From an uncultured delta proteobacterium (GTDB taxonomy: Bacteria; Desulfobacterota; SM23-61): 64,000 nt of DNA. The position numbers were made by a program, and so were the translations under genes. The notes beneath the pieces are model-generated. The model made no database searches, had not been told where the DNA came from, and worked only from the letters and a program-made list of their open reading frames with translations. Below, piece by piece: positions 1 through 9,720 of this stretch. Position 1 is the first letter of the stretch. The number at the start of each line of letters is the position of its first letter. Location of the stretch: positions 14,790-78,789 of the forward strand of contig CAVXFA010000058.1 in the NCBI GenBank assembly GCA_963760605.1, read 5' to 3'.

Positions 1-958
1 GGATATCTTCTTTTCGCTTGCGCAAAGGAGGAATGGTCAGGGGGACGACGTTGATGCGGTAGTAGAGGTCGGAACGGAATTCGCCCCGGGCCATCATTTC
101 TTCCAAATTTTTATTGGTCGCCGAGATCAGACGCACATCCACGCTGACCGTCTTCATCCCTCCCACGCGGACAAATTCTCGCTCTTGCAGGGAACGGAGG
201 ATTTTGGCCTGGGTAGGCAGGCTCAGTTCCGAGACTTCATCCAGAAAAAGGGTGCCCTGGTGGGCTAGTTCAAAATGTCCGATGCGCCGGCTCTGGGCGT
301 CGGTAAAAGCACCCTTCTCATGTCCGAAAAGTTCGCTCTCGATCAGCGTCTCGGGTATGGCCGCGCAGTTTACAGCCACAAAAGGTTTGTCTTTCCGCAA
401 GCTGTTGTAGTGGATGGCTCGGGCGACTAACTCTTTTCCCGTTCCGCTCTCCCCGTGGATTAAGACCGTCGAATTTTTCTCGGCGATTTGCCGAATGGTA
501 GAATAGATTTCTCGCATCTCTTTGGATTTGCCGATGATGTTATCGAAACGGTACCGCTCCGCTACCTCTTCCTGCAATCTTCGGTTCTCGATTTTTAGGT
601 CGCGACTTTCTAAGGCCTTTTCGGCCAACAACATCAGTTCTTCCACGTCGAATGGCTTGTTGATGTAATCATAGGCTCCAAGTTTCATCGCTTCCACGGC
701 GGTTTTTACCATCTTGGTGGCTGTAAGCATGACCACAGGAGTCAGGGGCTGAATCTGCCGGATTTCCTTCAGCATCTCCATGCCGTCCTTCTCGGGCATG
801 ATGATATCCAGAAAGATCAGGTCTGGTTCTTCCTTCTGGATCTTCTCCCAGGCCTCTGTGGAACTGCCAGCCAGGATCACCTGATAATCCTTCTTGAAGA
901 TCATCCGTAACGAATCCCGCACGCTCAATTCATCATCGACAATCAAAATCTTACGCAT
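1..958 (-). CDS. Sigma-54-dependent response regulator (REC + AAA+; NtrC/AtoC family), 3' end runs off the window
   Basis: Manual translation from ATG at 958 gives [25 protein letters not shown], then LIFLDIIMP (phospho-Asp), Walker A GESGTGKE, and [15 protein letters not shown]...GTLFLDEV. Absent from the ORF track because it is truncated by the window edge. Confidence 0.95.
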   Translation of the reverse strand, partial: MRKILIVDDELSVRDSLRMIFKKDYQVILAGSSTEAWEKIQKEEPDLIFLDIIMPEKDGMEMLKEIRQIQPLTPVVMLTATKMVKTAVEAMKLGAYDYINKPFDVEELMLLAEKALESRDLKIENRRLQEEVAERYRFDNIIGKSKEMREIYSTIRQIAEKNSTVLIHGESGTGKELVARAIHYNSLRKDKPFVAVNCAAIPETLIESELFGHEKGAFTDAQSRRIGHFELAHQGTLFLDEVSELSLPTQAKILRSLQEREFVRVGGMKTVSVDVRLISATNKNLEEMMARGEFRSDLYYRINVVPLTIPPLRKRKEDI

Positions 959-2908
959 GGCTTTCCTTTATGGTTCCTCTCTCGGCTGAAATAGCCACTG
1001 GGAACCGAAGACGAATGGCCGTCCCGGCTCCTTCCCCTAAACTGACCCGCATCTCCCCCCCATTGCGCACCATCACCTTACGGGCCAGCGCCAAACCCAA
1101 ACTCCAATTCTCATACTCCAACCCTGCTCCCCCGCCCTCCTCTCGACGCATCCCCCGCAGAATCCCATTCTGACCCTCATACCAAACCCGCAACTCCACA
1201 AACCCCGGCCGACCCTCCCTACCCCTCCTCTCCCCCAACCCCGTTGACAACCGCAAGGACTTCTGCTCGCTCCCCTTCAAAAACACATGCCCCAAAACGC
1301 TCCGCAACACAAACCCCAACTGCACCTCATCAAAAAGTACCGCCGGCAACCCCTCCCCCAACTCGGTCACCCACCGCACCCCCCACTGATCTAACTCCTT
1401 CTCCTTCCGCTTGAGAACCTCCCCCAACCTGAAGTTCAAATCATTCCCCACCAACCGCGGAACCGAAAACTGCGTATACTCTAAAAGACTCTCCAAAAGC
1501 TCATTGATCCGCTTCACATCCAGGCTCACCAACCGAGAAAACTGCTCCCGAAACTCGGCATCCTCGTACTTCTCCGGCAGAAGATAAGCAAAAGTGCTGA
1601 TCGCTACCAAAGGATTCTTGATCTCATGGGCCAAGATCGAAAGAGTCGCGTCGAACAAGGACTTCCCTTCTTCCACCGGCAAGGTCGACAACGGCAAAAC
1701 CCCTTCCCCGGCCTGCTTCCCCTCCCCCAAAGAAGCCCATGCCTCCTCACCCGAAAAACTAAAAACCAAATCCTCCGGCAATACCAACTCCCCTTCCTTC
1801 AAAACCACCGACCGCAAAACCACACTCTCCAACTCCCGCAAATTCCCAGGCCAATAATACTGCTCCAACACCTGCAACGCCTCCAAAGAAAACTTCTTCC
1901 GCACCCAATCCCCCGACCCCTGCTCCTGCAAAACCTCACCCACCATCCGCGGAATCTCTTCCCGCCTCTCCCGCAACGGCGGCAAAACCACTCTCAATAC
2001 CTCCAAACCCTGATAAAGATCCCCCCGAAACCTCCCCGCCGATACCGCCCGAGCCAACGAAAACTTAGACGAAGATATCACCCGCACCTCAACCCCCATC
2101 CCCTCCCAACCAGGCCAACCCAACCCCTGACCATGCAAAAGATCCAAAAGAACCCCCTGCAAATCCCACCCTAAACTCTCCACCTCCTCAAAAAAAAGAG
2201 TCCCAGAAACACTCGCCCCACCCCCCCATCCGCCAACCAAAGGGCAAGCCTCTCCCGCAACCCCTCCACCGTCAACTCCCGACAAAAAAACCGCAAAAAC
2301 GGCCGACCCCTCCACGACCCCAACAAATGAATCGCCCTGGCCACCCCACTCCGACCCGTCCCCTCCTCCCCCTGAATGAATACCGGCAACGATGAACCCG
2401 CCACCTTCAAAACCCTCTCCCGCACCCCCACAGCCACCCGCGAAGAATAAAACCATGACTTGATCCGCTCTTCCACCGACAGAATCCGCCGCTCTCCCCC
2501 CCTCTCCTCCACCCAATCCCTCTGCAAAAGAAGCGCCTCCACCTTCTCCCGCAATGACTCCACCCCAAAAGGCTTGCTCAACCCATCACTTAAGGGCAAA
2601 ACAAACCTCTTCTCCCGCGCCACACCCTCCCCCATCAGCAAAAGAAGCGGCAACCGCGGCTGCACCTGGCGCAGAGCCCGAAAAAAAGACTCGTAAAAAA
2701 ATAGGGGCAGATCCACCCCCACCAGCACAATCTCCACCTCCTCCCGCCCCACCACCTCCAGGGCCTCGGGCAGATCACTCACCGTCAACACCACATACTC
2801 ATCCTTCAGGATCATCCAGAGCGAAGTGCGCACGCTGGAAGAAGAATCCACCACCAGCACTTTCCGCTTCCGCCCTTTATTTCGCAGGGCCACCCCGCCC
2901 TCCGGCAT
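951..2908 (-). CDS. Degenerate hybrid: pseudo-receiver + sigma-54-activator-like AAA domain + HisKA/degenerate HATPase; one frameshift near 2216-2227
   Basis: ORF 2171-2908 gives a receiver-like N-terminus ([20 protein letters not shown]) and [14 protein letters not shown] 951-2516 continues [11 protein letters not shown]..., [30 protein letters not shown]. The frames join in the C4-A-C7 tract at 2216-2227. Confidence 0.8.
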
Positions 2909-5012
2909 TCAACGGCAGATGGACGCGGAAACTCGTCCCCTTGCCCACTTCACTCTCCAAATCGATAAACCCCCCATGTTCATGGATGATCTGGTAACTG
3001 ATGGCCAAACCCAACCCGCTGCCCATCAGGCCGAGTGGAAAAAAAGGGATCGAAGATACGGTCTAAATTCTCCTTGGGGATCCCAACCCCTGTGTCCCGC
3101 ACTTCGATTTGAACGAACCGCTCGCTGGTTTCCTCTCGAAGTACCTGCACGACCCGGGTCTCAACCCAGATCTGCCCTTGCCCGGGGATTGCCTGGACGG
3201 CATTCAGGAGTACATTCAGCAGCACCTGTTTGATCTGTTCTGCATCCACCATGACCAGAGGGAGATGGGGGAGCAGTTCTTGGAAATCGTAATGTTCTTC
3301 TTCCGGGCTTCGGTGATAATCAAAAATTCCATTTTTTCGATGAGGGCATTCACATCTTCCCCGCGCAGATTGGGCTCCGAGGGCCGGGCAAATCCTAAAA
3401 GTTCGTTGATCAAGGTGGTAAGGCGGTCAATTTCCCCGGAGGCGACCTTGAGAAAATAATTACGAAACTCCTCATCCTCCAAACGCTCGGGAAGGAGCTG
3501 GGTAAAGGTTTTGATGGACACCAGGGGGTTGCGGATCTCATGGGCCAGACTGGAAATCAAAGTCCCCAGAGAGGCTAGGCGGTCCGCCCGACGCATGAAC
3601 TTCTGTGATTTTTTCAGATTTTCATAAAGGTTGGCGTTCTCAATGGCGATGGCCAGCTGGTTGGCCAGGGTATTCAGAAGGTCGAGGTCTTCTCGATAAT
3701 ACATCTCTTCCCGGCTCTTGTGCCCCAGGTTAATAAACCCGATCAACCGGTCCATATAAATAAGCGGCAAGCAGACTTCTGCCTGCAATCCAATCATCAT
3801 ATCCAAAAACTCTTTCTCTTCTCGCCGCCTCGGATTTCTTTCAATTTCGGCCCGGACAACCGCTTCCTTCTTTTCCTGCAGCCAGCGAATGCAGGGATCG
3901 CCGGACTTAAATGACGTATTCTCCAGATTATTCTCTGATGAGCCCCGCGCCAAGGCCGAACGAAAAATCTCTTTTTCTGGACGTAAAGGAAAATGGAGAT
4001 GCGCGACACCCCCATGCTGCGCTCCACTGTCTCGGCCAGCATGTGCAAAAGCCGATTCAGATCTACCATGGTCACCAGGCGCTTGCTGAAATTTGTCCAG
4101 AACCCGGTGGTAATAATATTTGTCTTTGACGATGATCTGTTGCATCGTCCGATCCATTCGCTCTTTGACCTTCTGGAAACTTAAAGCTGCCGCGACGCCG
4201 ACCACGAGGAGCAATAAAGAGAAGGATAAATCTGCTTGCTGGTAAAAATATTTTTCCAAAAAAATGATGATAAACATCGCAGGAACACCCAGAATGAATA
4301 TAGAAAAAATGTATGCCAGCCCCTTAGCCATGAAAAGACTTAGATCCATAAGGCGATGCTGGACGACGGAATAGACCGCAATTAAAAGGCCGATGCTAAC
4401 AACGACGCTTCCTAAAGGATAAACCCGCAACCCAAATACGGGCAAAAAGTTCAGGCTGCCCAGGGTAAAACTTACCCCGACGGCCAGAAAAAAGTACTTC
4501 AGCCTCTGCCGATGATAACTGTCGGCGTGAGTGTACCCCTGACCCATATACAAAAAGGCGATGAGGATAGCGATGATAAATTGGAAGAGGAAAAGATAGT
4601 ATAGAGGGCCACCTTTGAAAGAATATCCCCAAGGATAAACGATTAAATCTTCGATAAAGTAGCGGGTCGAACTAATCGCTGCCAGAACACCCGAGAGGCC
4701 GTAAAAAATCATAAGGATTCCCCTGCTTCGTCGGGAAAGTCCTTGGGGATTGGTAAAAAGAAAGGCAAAATGCAGGAAGGTCGGGGGAATGAAAAGAACC
4801 GGAATCCGGAAAATTCCTCCCCAAAGGTGAGCGAACTCAGCATTGGGACTGAGGAGGAGTCCGGCCCACTCAACGTTCCACAAAGAAACGCATAAAAGCA
4901 TGGTAGCAAAGGATTTATTAACTGGATTGGGCTGTTTTTTGGAGTAAATAAAAAGGCTCACGAGGAGATACGTTAAAGCGGCGATGATCGGAGGGAGGGC
5001 ATAGATGTTCAC
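2877..5012 (-). CDS. Membrane sensor histidine kinase (N-terminal multi-TM/7TM-type region, GAF, HisKA, HATPase_c), carrying about four indels
   Basis: Hydrophobic N-terminus, GAF-like [17 protein letters not shown]...LAIAIENA, and H-box LAHEIRNPL. HATPase pieces ([40 protein letters not shown]) lie in successive frames. Indels are near 4090, 3980, 3275 and 3023; the restored stop is at 2877-2879. Confidence 0.9.
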
Positions 5013-5134
5013 TTCATCTCTCCTTCACGGCGCAAAGGAGGAGGTGGCTGTGGCCCAGGAGTTTCCGGTGCGGGGGGAACCGCTCAGAGAATTGCTTATA
5101 AGAAAGAGCCATCAAATTCCACAGTCGCTTTGCC

Positions 5135-5885
5135 CATTCCCAGGGGCCGATAGACGGCGTGCAGGCCATCCTAATTCGACCAGTCATAATCGATCATGCG
5201 GTCTTCTTCCTCAACCTTTCTTTTTAACTCTGTTTCCAGCATAGGCATCAAAATGAAAAACTCCGCGTGGGCACCCTTTTCTCGAACTAAGAAATCCACA
5301 GGGTTAGGGAGTCGTTCCTCATCCTTGCCTAAATGAAGGGGTGCCTGCCCGCCCCACCGAAGTTTTAGGGGGATTAAAGCCTTGAAAAGCTCACGGGTGT
5401 AGGCCTTATTGCTTGACTATATTATCGTCAATAAAAAAGATTTTCTTGACATTGTCTTGCCTTATTTCTTGCGCCACTTCTTCCACCGGCCGGCATCGCT
5501 ATCTACCCTAAAAATTTTTGGTCGCCGAGCAAAATTCACAGTTAACAGGACGCCCCCTTCCAGCCCAAATTGGAAAGTTAATCTTCGAGGGGCGGTATCG
5601 GTCTTTTCTTCAACTTTTTTTTCCTCTTTTTTTGAATCCATCGCCAATCCGGTTAGCGCGAGGAGCTTGAGGAGTCATGAAACCAATGGACACTGGGTCT
5701 GCTGGATCGTCGAATGACACGTCTTCAAACAAAGTATTCATCAATGGTTTGAACCTCAAAATCTGCGGAAGTTAGGGAAGCCAGAAAAGGCAGGCTCAAG
5801 CGTGGGAACATTAATTTTTTTGGCTTTGTGAATTCTTTCTCCATCAATTAACTGGGGATGGTGAATCAACAATGATCTCAATATA
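5135..5885 (-). pseudogene. Decayed cobalamin-binding radical SAM protein
   Basis: Manual translation gives collinear fragments: KKLMFPRLSLPFLASLTSADFEVQTIDEY / EDVSFDDPADPVSIGFMTPQAPRANRIGDGFKKRGKK / GRGRPVNCEFCS (CxxxCxxC with first Cys to Arg) / RCRPVEEVAQEI..KIFFIDDNIV / NKAYTRELFKALIPLKLRWGGQ / VDFLVRE..FFILMPM..MIDYDWSN*DGLHAVYRPLGM. There are stops, frameshifts and internal deletions. Confidence 0.85.
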
Positions 5886-5913
5886 CCTATCCTCGAAGGA
5901 GTTCTTGAAAAGC

Positions 5914-7224
5914 TTATACCCTCCTATAAACCACCACCGCGTTTGTTCCCCCTAAGCCGAAGCAATTGGCCATGGCGATCTGAATATCTTTTTTTCTCGC
6001 CTCTTGGGGAACGTAATCTAGGTCTAATTCCGGGTCAGGAACTTCATAATTGATGGTCGGTGGAAGGACCCCTTCGCGTAAGGCCAAGCACGCTGCAATA
6101 CTCTGCATGGCGGTCGCTCCGGCCATTGCGTCCCCCGTCGCGGCTTTGATAGAACTTACAGCCAATTTATATGCGTGATCCCCGAATACTTTTTTAATCG
6201 CTTGACTCTCTTTTTTATCCAGTATGACGCCTGAATAAGCGTGTCCGCAGATATACCCGACATCTTCAGGTCTCAACGAAGTATGAGCCAGAGCAATTTG
6301 AAAGGCTTTGATTATATTCCCTGCTTCCGGGCTGAAGAAAATTGAGTCGGAAGCATCGTTGGTCAGCCCGAATCCGAGGATTTCGGCGTAAATCCTTGCT
6401 TCCCGTTTTTGGGCATGCTCCAATTCCTCTATGATCAAAGTTCCCGCCCCCTCCCCCAAAATATATCCTGTTCTTCTTCTGTCGTAAGGGCACATGGCTC
6501 TCTTAGGATCGCCATTTAGGGAAGTCATGGATTTGGAGGCAGAATACAATCCGAAGGTCAGGGGATAAATGGGCGTATCCGTTCCGCCGGCAACCAAAAT
6601 TTCCGCCAGGCCGCTGGAAATGACCTGGTATGCATTCACGATGGCCATGCTTCCCGAAGAGCACCCGGTAGAAACCGCCATATTATACCCATGAATTCTG
6701 AAAGCTTCCGCCAGCGCTCCAATCATGGCATTGTGGTTCATCAATCCCACGAAGGAGGGGTGGACCCGCTTCAGACCTCGTTCATAAAAAGTGGCTCCAA
6801 ATTTTTCATAGATATCCATAGGGCCCAATGCGGTCCCATAAATCAGACCTACCCGATAGGGGTCTTCCTTCCCCAAATCGAGGTTGGCATCTTCGATGGC
6901 TTTTTGGGTAGATACAATGGCGAATTGGGTTCCGCGGGAAAGTCGGCGGGCACTTTTGGGATCTATGTAATCCGTGGCATCGAAATTATTTACCTCCCCC
7001 GCAAACTTGCAGGGATAAGAAGAAGCGTCAAAATGGGTGACCATCCCTATGCCGCATCTTCCGGAGATCAAAGCCTCCCAGAAGGCCTCCTTGCCGATCC
7101 CGATCGGCGAGACGACCCCCACCCCCGTGACCACCACGCGCTTTGGCAGAACCGATCCTTTTTTCGTAGTGGACCTTTGGGAGAAGTTCTTGAAAAATGG
7201 CAGCTTCAAGAGACCGGACCCCAT
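5914..7224 (-). CDS. fabF: Beta-ketoacyl-ACP synthase II-like (FabF family) with atypical active site
   Basis: KRVVVTGVGVVSPIG, catalytic Cys in STGCSSG, first His in GHAYSG, and C-terminal NCFGLGGTNA. The second His position reads TGDAMAG. The true start may be near the PKRVVV segment rather than 7224. Confidence 0.85.
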   Translation of the reverse strand: MGSGLLKLPFFKNFSQRSTTKKGSVLPKRVVVTGVGVVSPIGIGKEAFWEALISGRCGIGMVTHFDASSYPCKFAGEVNNFDATDYIDPKSARRLSRGTQFAIVSTQKAIEDANLDLGKEDPYRVGLIYGTALGPMDIYEKFGATFYERGLKRVHPSFVGLMNHNAMIGALAEAFRIHGYNMAVSTGCSSGSMAIVNAYQVISSGLAEILVAGGTDTPIYPLTFGLYSASKSMTSLNGDPKRAMCPYDRRRTGYILGEGAGTLIIEELEHAQKREARIYAEILGFGLTNDASDSIFFSPEAGNIIKAFQIALAHTSLRPEDVGYICGHAYSGVILDKKESQAIKKVFGDHAYKLAVSSIKAATGDAMAGATAMQSIAACLALREGVLPPTINYEVPDPELDLDYVPQEARKKDIQIAMANCFGLGGTNAVVVYRRV

Positions 7225-7312
7225 TTTGTTTTTTTATGGGTTTAAATCATACGAAATGCCCTGCAGGAATGTAAAATACCGCTCATTCCCTCCAATTCTA
7301 TCGTGATATTCG

Positions 7313-7360
7313 CCCCTCACCCCATCTCTCCCCATCGAGGGAGAGGCGAGCGTGAGAGGG
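7313..7360. repeat. REP-like palindrome (CCCTCACC..CTCTCCC-loop-GGGAGAG..GTGAGAGGG)
   Basis: Imperfect inverted repeat; a similar copy lies at about 49485-49539. Confidence 0.6.
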
Positions 7361-7480
7361 AAACAATCAAAGAACTTAATGCATGGGTATTAAATCTGTA
7401 AACTTGTCAAGGGTTTAATGAAGAAATAATATATGAAAGCTCAGAAAAGTCAATAATTTTTTTTGAATTTGATTTATTTC

Positions 7481-8268
7481 TCAATATTCCTGGCCGTGGA
7501 AAGTATTGACTTCCACGAATTTTCCGACGGGCTTGTAGATTTTTGGGGAGACCCATGGTGCTCCGAGAATTCCATCCTGGATTGCCCAACTTCGTCCGCG
7601 TACCGATTTCTCCGCTCCTTTCCTGCGGAACGGGCTGGACCCATCGAGACGCTCGCACAATTTCCCCCCAGGAATTCCCGATCAATTTCCTCCATCTGTT
7701 TCCGTCCTTCTAAGTACCCAAAACCGTTCCGTTCGTATTGAATGGCATTATGGTAGAAGAGGGCTTCTCCAGAGATGATGGAAACGCCCAACCGGGAGGC
7801 AAAGCGTTCCAGGAGAAACATGAACTCCCTCAGCAGTCTCAGCCCAGGACGAACCTGCCCCGGGGCCAGGCCGGCTTTCATCGCCCGTTCTTCCTCGGCT
7901 ACATTTCTTGCGGCCGTCCCAAAGAGAGTATCTTTTCCCCGGGTATCCTGATCGATTTGGAAGCGTTCTGCCCGGGGGTCGTTGATCACGATGAAAGAAA
8001 GCTCCAGGTTGTCCATGAAGGGGGTATCGGAGAGCTGCAGAAAGAAAATAGAGTCCTGGTCTGTAGCCCGCCACCTGACGTCGACAGAGGTGAACCCATG
8101 GGTTTCGGGCGTGTGGAACTGGACCACCTTCTCGCCTTGCCGGTTGAGGAAGGTATTCCGGTCAATCCCGAAGAGGGAAAATATGCGGAGAGGGATCAGG
8201 CCGCGGTAGAGCTTGATCCGTTCTTCAGGGGGTAGATGGTTGACTTCGTAGATCGAACGGTATTTCAT
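7481..8268 (-). CDS. Hypothetical protein, possibly divergent GNAT-like; frameshift near 7665
   Basis: ORF 7474-8268 reads well up to IDREFL. The frame then shifts in a C6 tract and continues GKLCERLDGSSPFRRKGAEKSVRGRSWAIQDGILG... to TGA at 7481-7483. HNAIQYERNGF resembles GNAT motif B. Confidence 0.65.
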
Positions 8269-8674
8269 TCATCAACTGGCGGGCAAAGAACCGAGGGATC
8301 GGAGAAAGGTCAAAGATCACTCTCCTCAGAGCGTCAGGGGGCTCCCATCTCACCATCCGGCCGACCCTATCGACCCTTTCCACCTTCGATCCAGAAATTT
8401 TATTCTTCAGATCCTCAGAGTATTTTTCGGGGGCATTGCGGTCTTTCCGACCGCCCGCCAAAAGCGAGGGCAGGCGAATCTCTTTCACCTCCTTCGTAAT
8501 GTCGAATGGGTCACAGGCCATCCTGTCACGGTAACAGACACACGAGCTCACCTCAGCCCACTCTCTCTGCTGGCGTGGTCATGAATCCAAAACGAGTCTC
8601 CACCTAACGGGGGGAGTTTTTGCTTTCTTCTCCGAGTAATGCACTTTTGTTTCATGGACCATCCCTTTGGGCAT
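8225..8674 (-). pseudogene. Alpha/beta-hydrolase remnant (N-terminal and C-terminal pieces, middle deleted)
   Basis: MPKGMVHETKVHYSEK.. from 8674, then a stop, then ACDPFDITKEVKEIRLPSLLAGGRKDRNAPEKYSEDLKNKISGSKVERVDRVGRMVRWEPPD. This matches the hydrolase C-terminal pattern, but the catalytic His (GH) reads GR and no GxSxG motif was seen. Confidence 0.55.
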
Positions 8675-8770
8675 CGATTGCTCCTTGGAAAATTTTTTCT
8701 CAGCAAACCTGAGCACGCAGATCCAAGTGTTTGAAAATTATCATACAACCAGCCCTTTTTCAAGTCTTCA

Positions 8771-8799
8771 TTGACAAAAAAACTAGGTGTATATATATT
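8771..8799 (+). promoter_or_regulatory. Sigma-70-type promoter upstream of suhB
   Basis: TTGACA (8771-8776), 17 nt spacer, TATATT (8794-8799). Confidence 0.65.
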
Positions 8800-8906
8800 T
8801 ATTTATCCCCTCCCCGTCCGAAATATAGTGGAAAATACCCGAACAAAAAGGAAGTCTCAGAACCCTACCCGAAATCCAACTACCCCGAAAGGAATGATGG
8901 GAAAAC

Positions 8907-9686
8907 ATGGAATCCTTTGAACAGGTGGCCATCTTGGCTGCGAAAAAGGCCGGGCTTCTTTTAAAGAGGAGACTCGGCCAAAAAAGACGGGTGAACTATA
9001 AGGGGGCCGTAAATTTAGTCACGGAAATGGACCTCTTCTCTGAGAAACTCATCGTCTCCGAAATCCGCCAGCGCTACCCCAACCATAGCTTCCTGGCTGA
9101 GGAAAAAACCTCCACGCAGGAAAAGTCTCCCTACCGCTGGATTATCGACCCTTTGGACGGAACAACGAATTATGCCCATGGCTACCCGATCTTCTGCGTT
9201 TCCCTTGCTCTGGAAAAGGAAGGAGAGGTCATCCTCGGTGCGGTCTACGACCCTATGAGAGATGAACTCTTCCTGGCAAAGAAAGGAAAAGGAGCCCGCC
9301 TCAACGGGTGGAAAATTCATGTCTCCTCGACCGCGAAACTATCTCGAAGCCTGCTGGCTACAGGGTTTCCTTATGACCTGCGAGAGAGCCCGGTCAATAA
9401 CTTCGACCATTTTCGCAATTTCGCGCTGCGCGTCCAGGCGGTCAGAAGAGCCGGCTCTGCAGCCCTAGACCTATGCTATGTGGCCGCGGGGCGTTTCGAT
9501 GGATTTTGGGAGATGAAGCTGGGTCCCTGGGACATGGCGGCCGGAAGCCTGATCGTCAGGGAAGCCGGGGGAGAGGCAACTGATTTTCTAGGCAGGCGCC
9601 TCGGCTTGGATGGGAAACATGTCTTAGCCAGTAATGGAAAGATTCACCGGGAAATGATCCGGGTCTTGAAACTGGGACACCTTTAA
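8907..9686 (+). CDS. suhB: Inositol monophosphatase family protein
   Basis: LAEE, WIIDPLDGTTNYAHG, RRAGSAALDLCYVAAGRFDG, WDMAAG motifs. Confidence 0.95.
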   Translation: MESFEQVAILAAKKAGLLLKRRLGQKRRVNYKGAVNLVTEMDLFSEKLIVSEIRQRYPNHSFLAEEKTSTQEKSPYRWIIDPLDGTTNYAHGYPIFCVSLALEKEGEVILGAVYDPMRDELFLAKKGKGARLNGWKIHVSSTAKLSRSLLATGFPYDLRESPVNNFDHFRNFALRVQAVRRAGSAALDLCYVAAGRFDGFWEMKLGPWDMAAGSLIVREAGGEATDFLGRRLGLDGKHVLASNGKIHREMIRVLKLGHL

Positions 9687-9720
9687 AAACAGTGAAGAGT
9701 TAAGAGTTGGGAGGTAAAGG

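Noticed and set aside
1626-2997. Pro/Gln-rich plus-strand ORFs (1626-2174, 2554-2997)
   Set aside because: Antisense by-products of the C-rich skew of the minus-strand gene.
5010-5400. Possible c-di-GMP or other riboswitch upstream of the kinase (GGGCAAAG motif)
   Set aside because: The sequence is explained as decayed coding DNA, and the GEMM paired elements are not recognisable.
5462-5647. 61-aa ORF (MAMDSKKEEKK...) as a small protein or leader peptide
   Set aside because: It is an off-frame shadow of the radical SAM pseudogene; the neighbouring frame carries the recognisable motifs.
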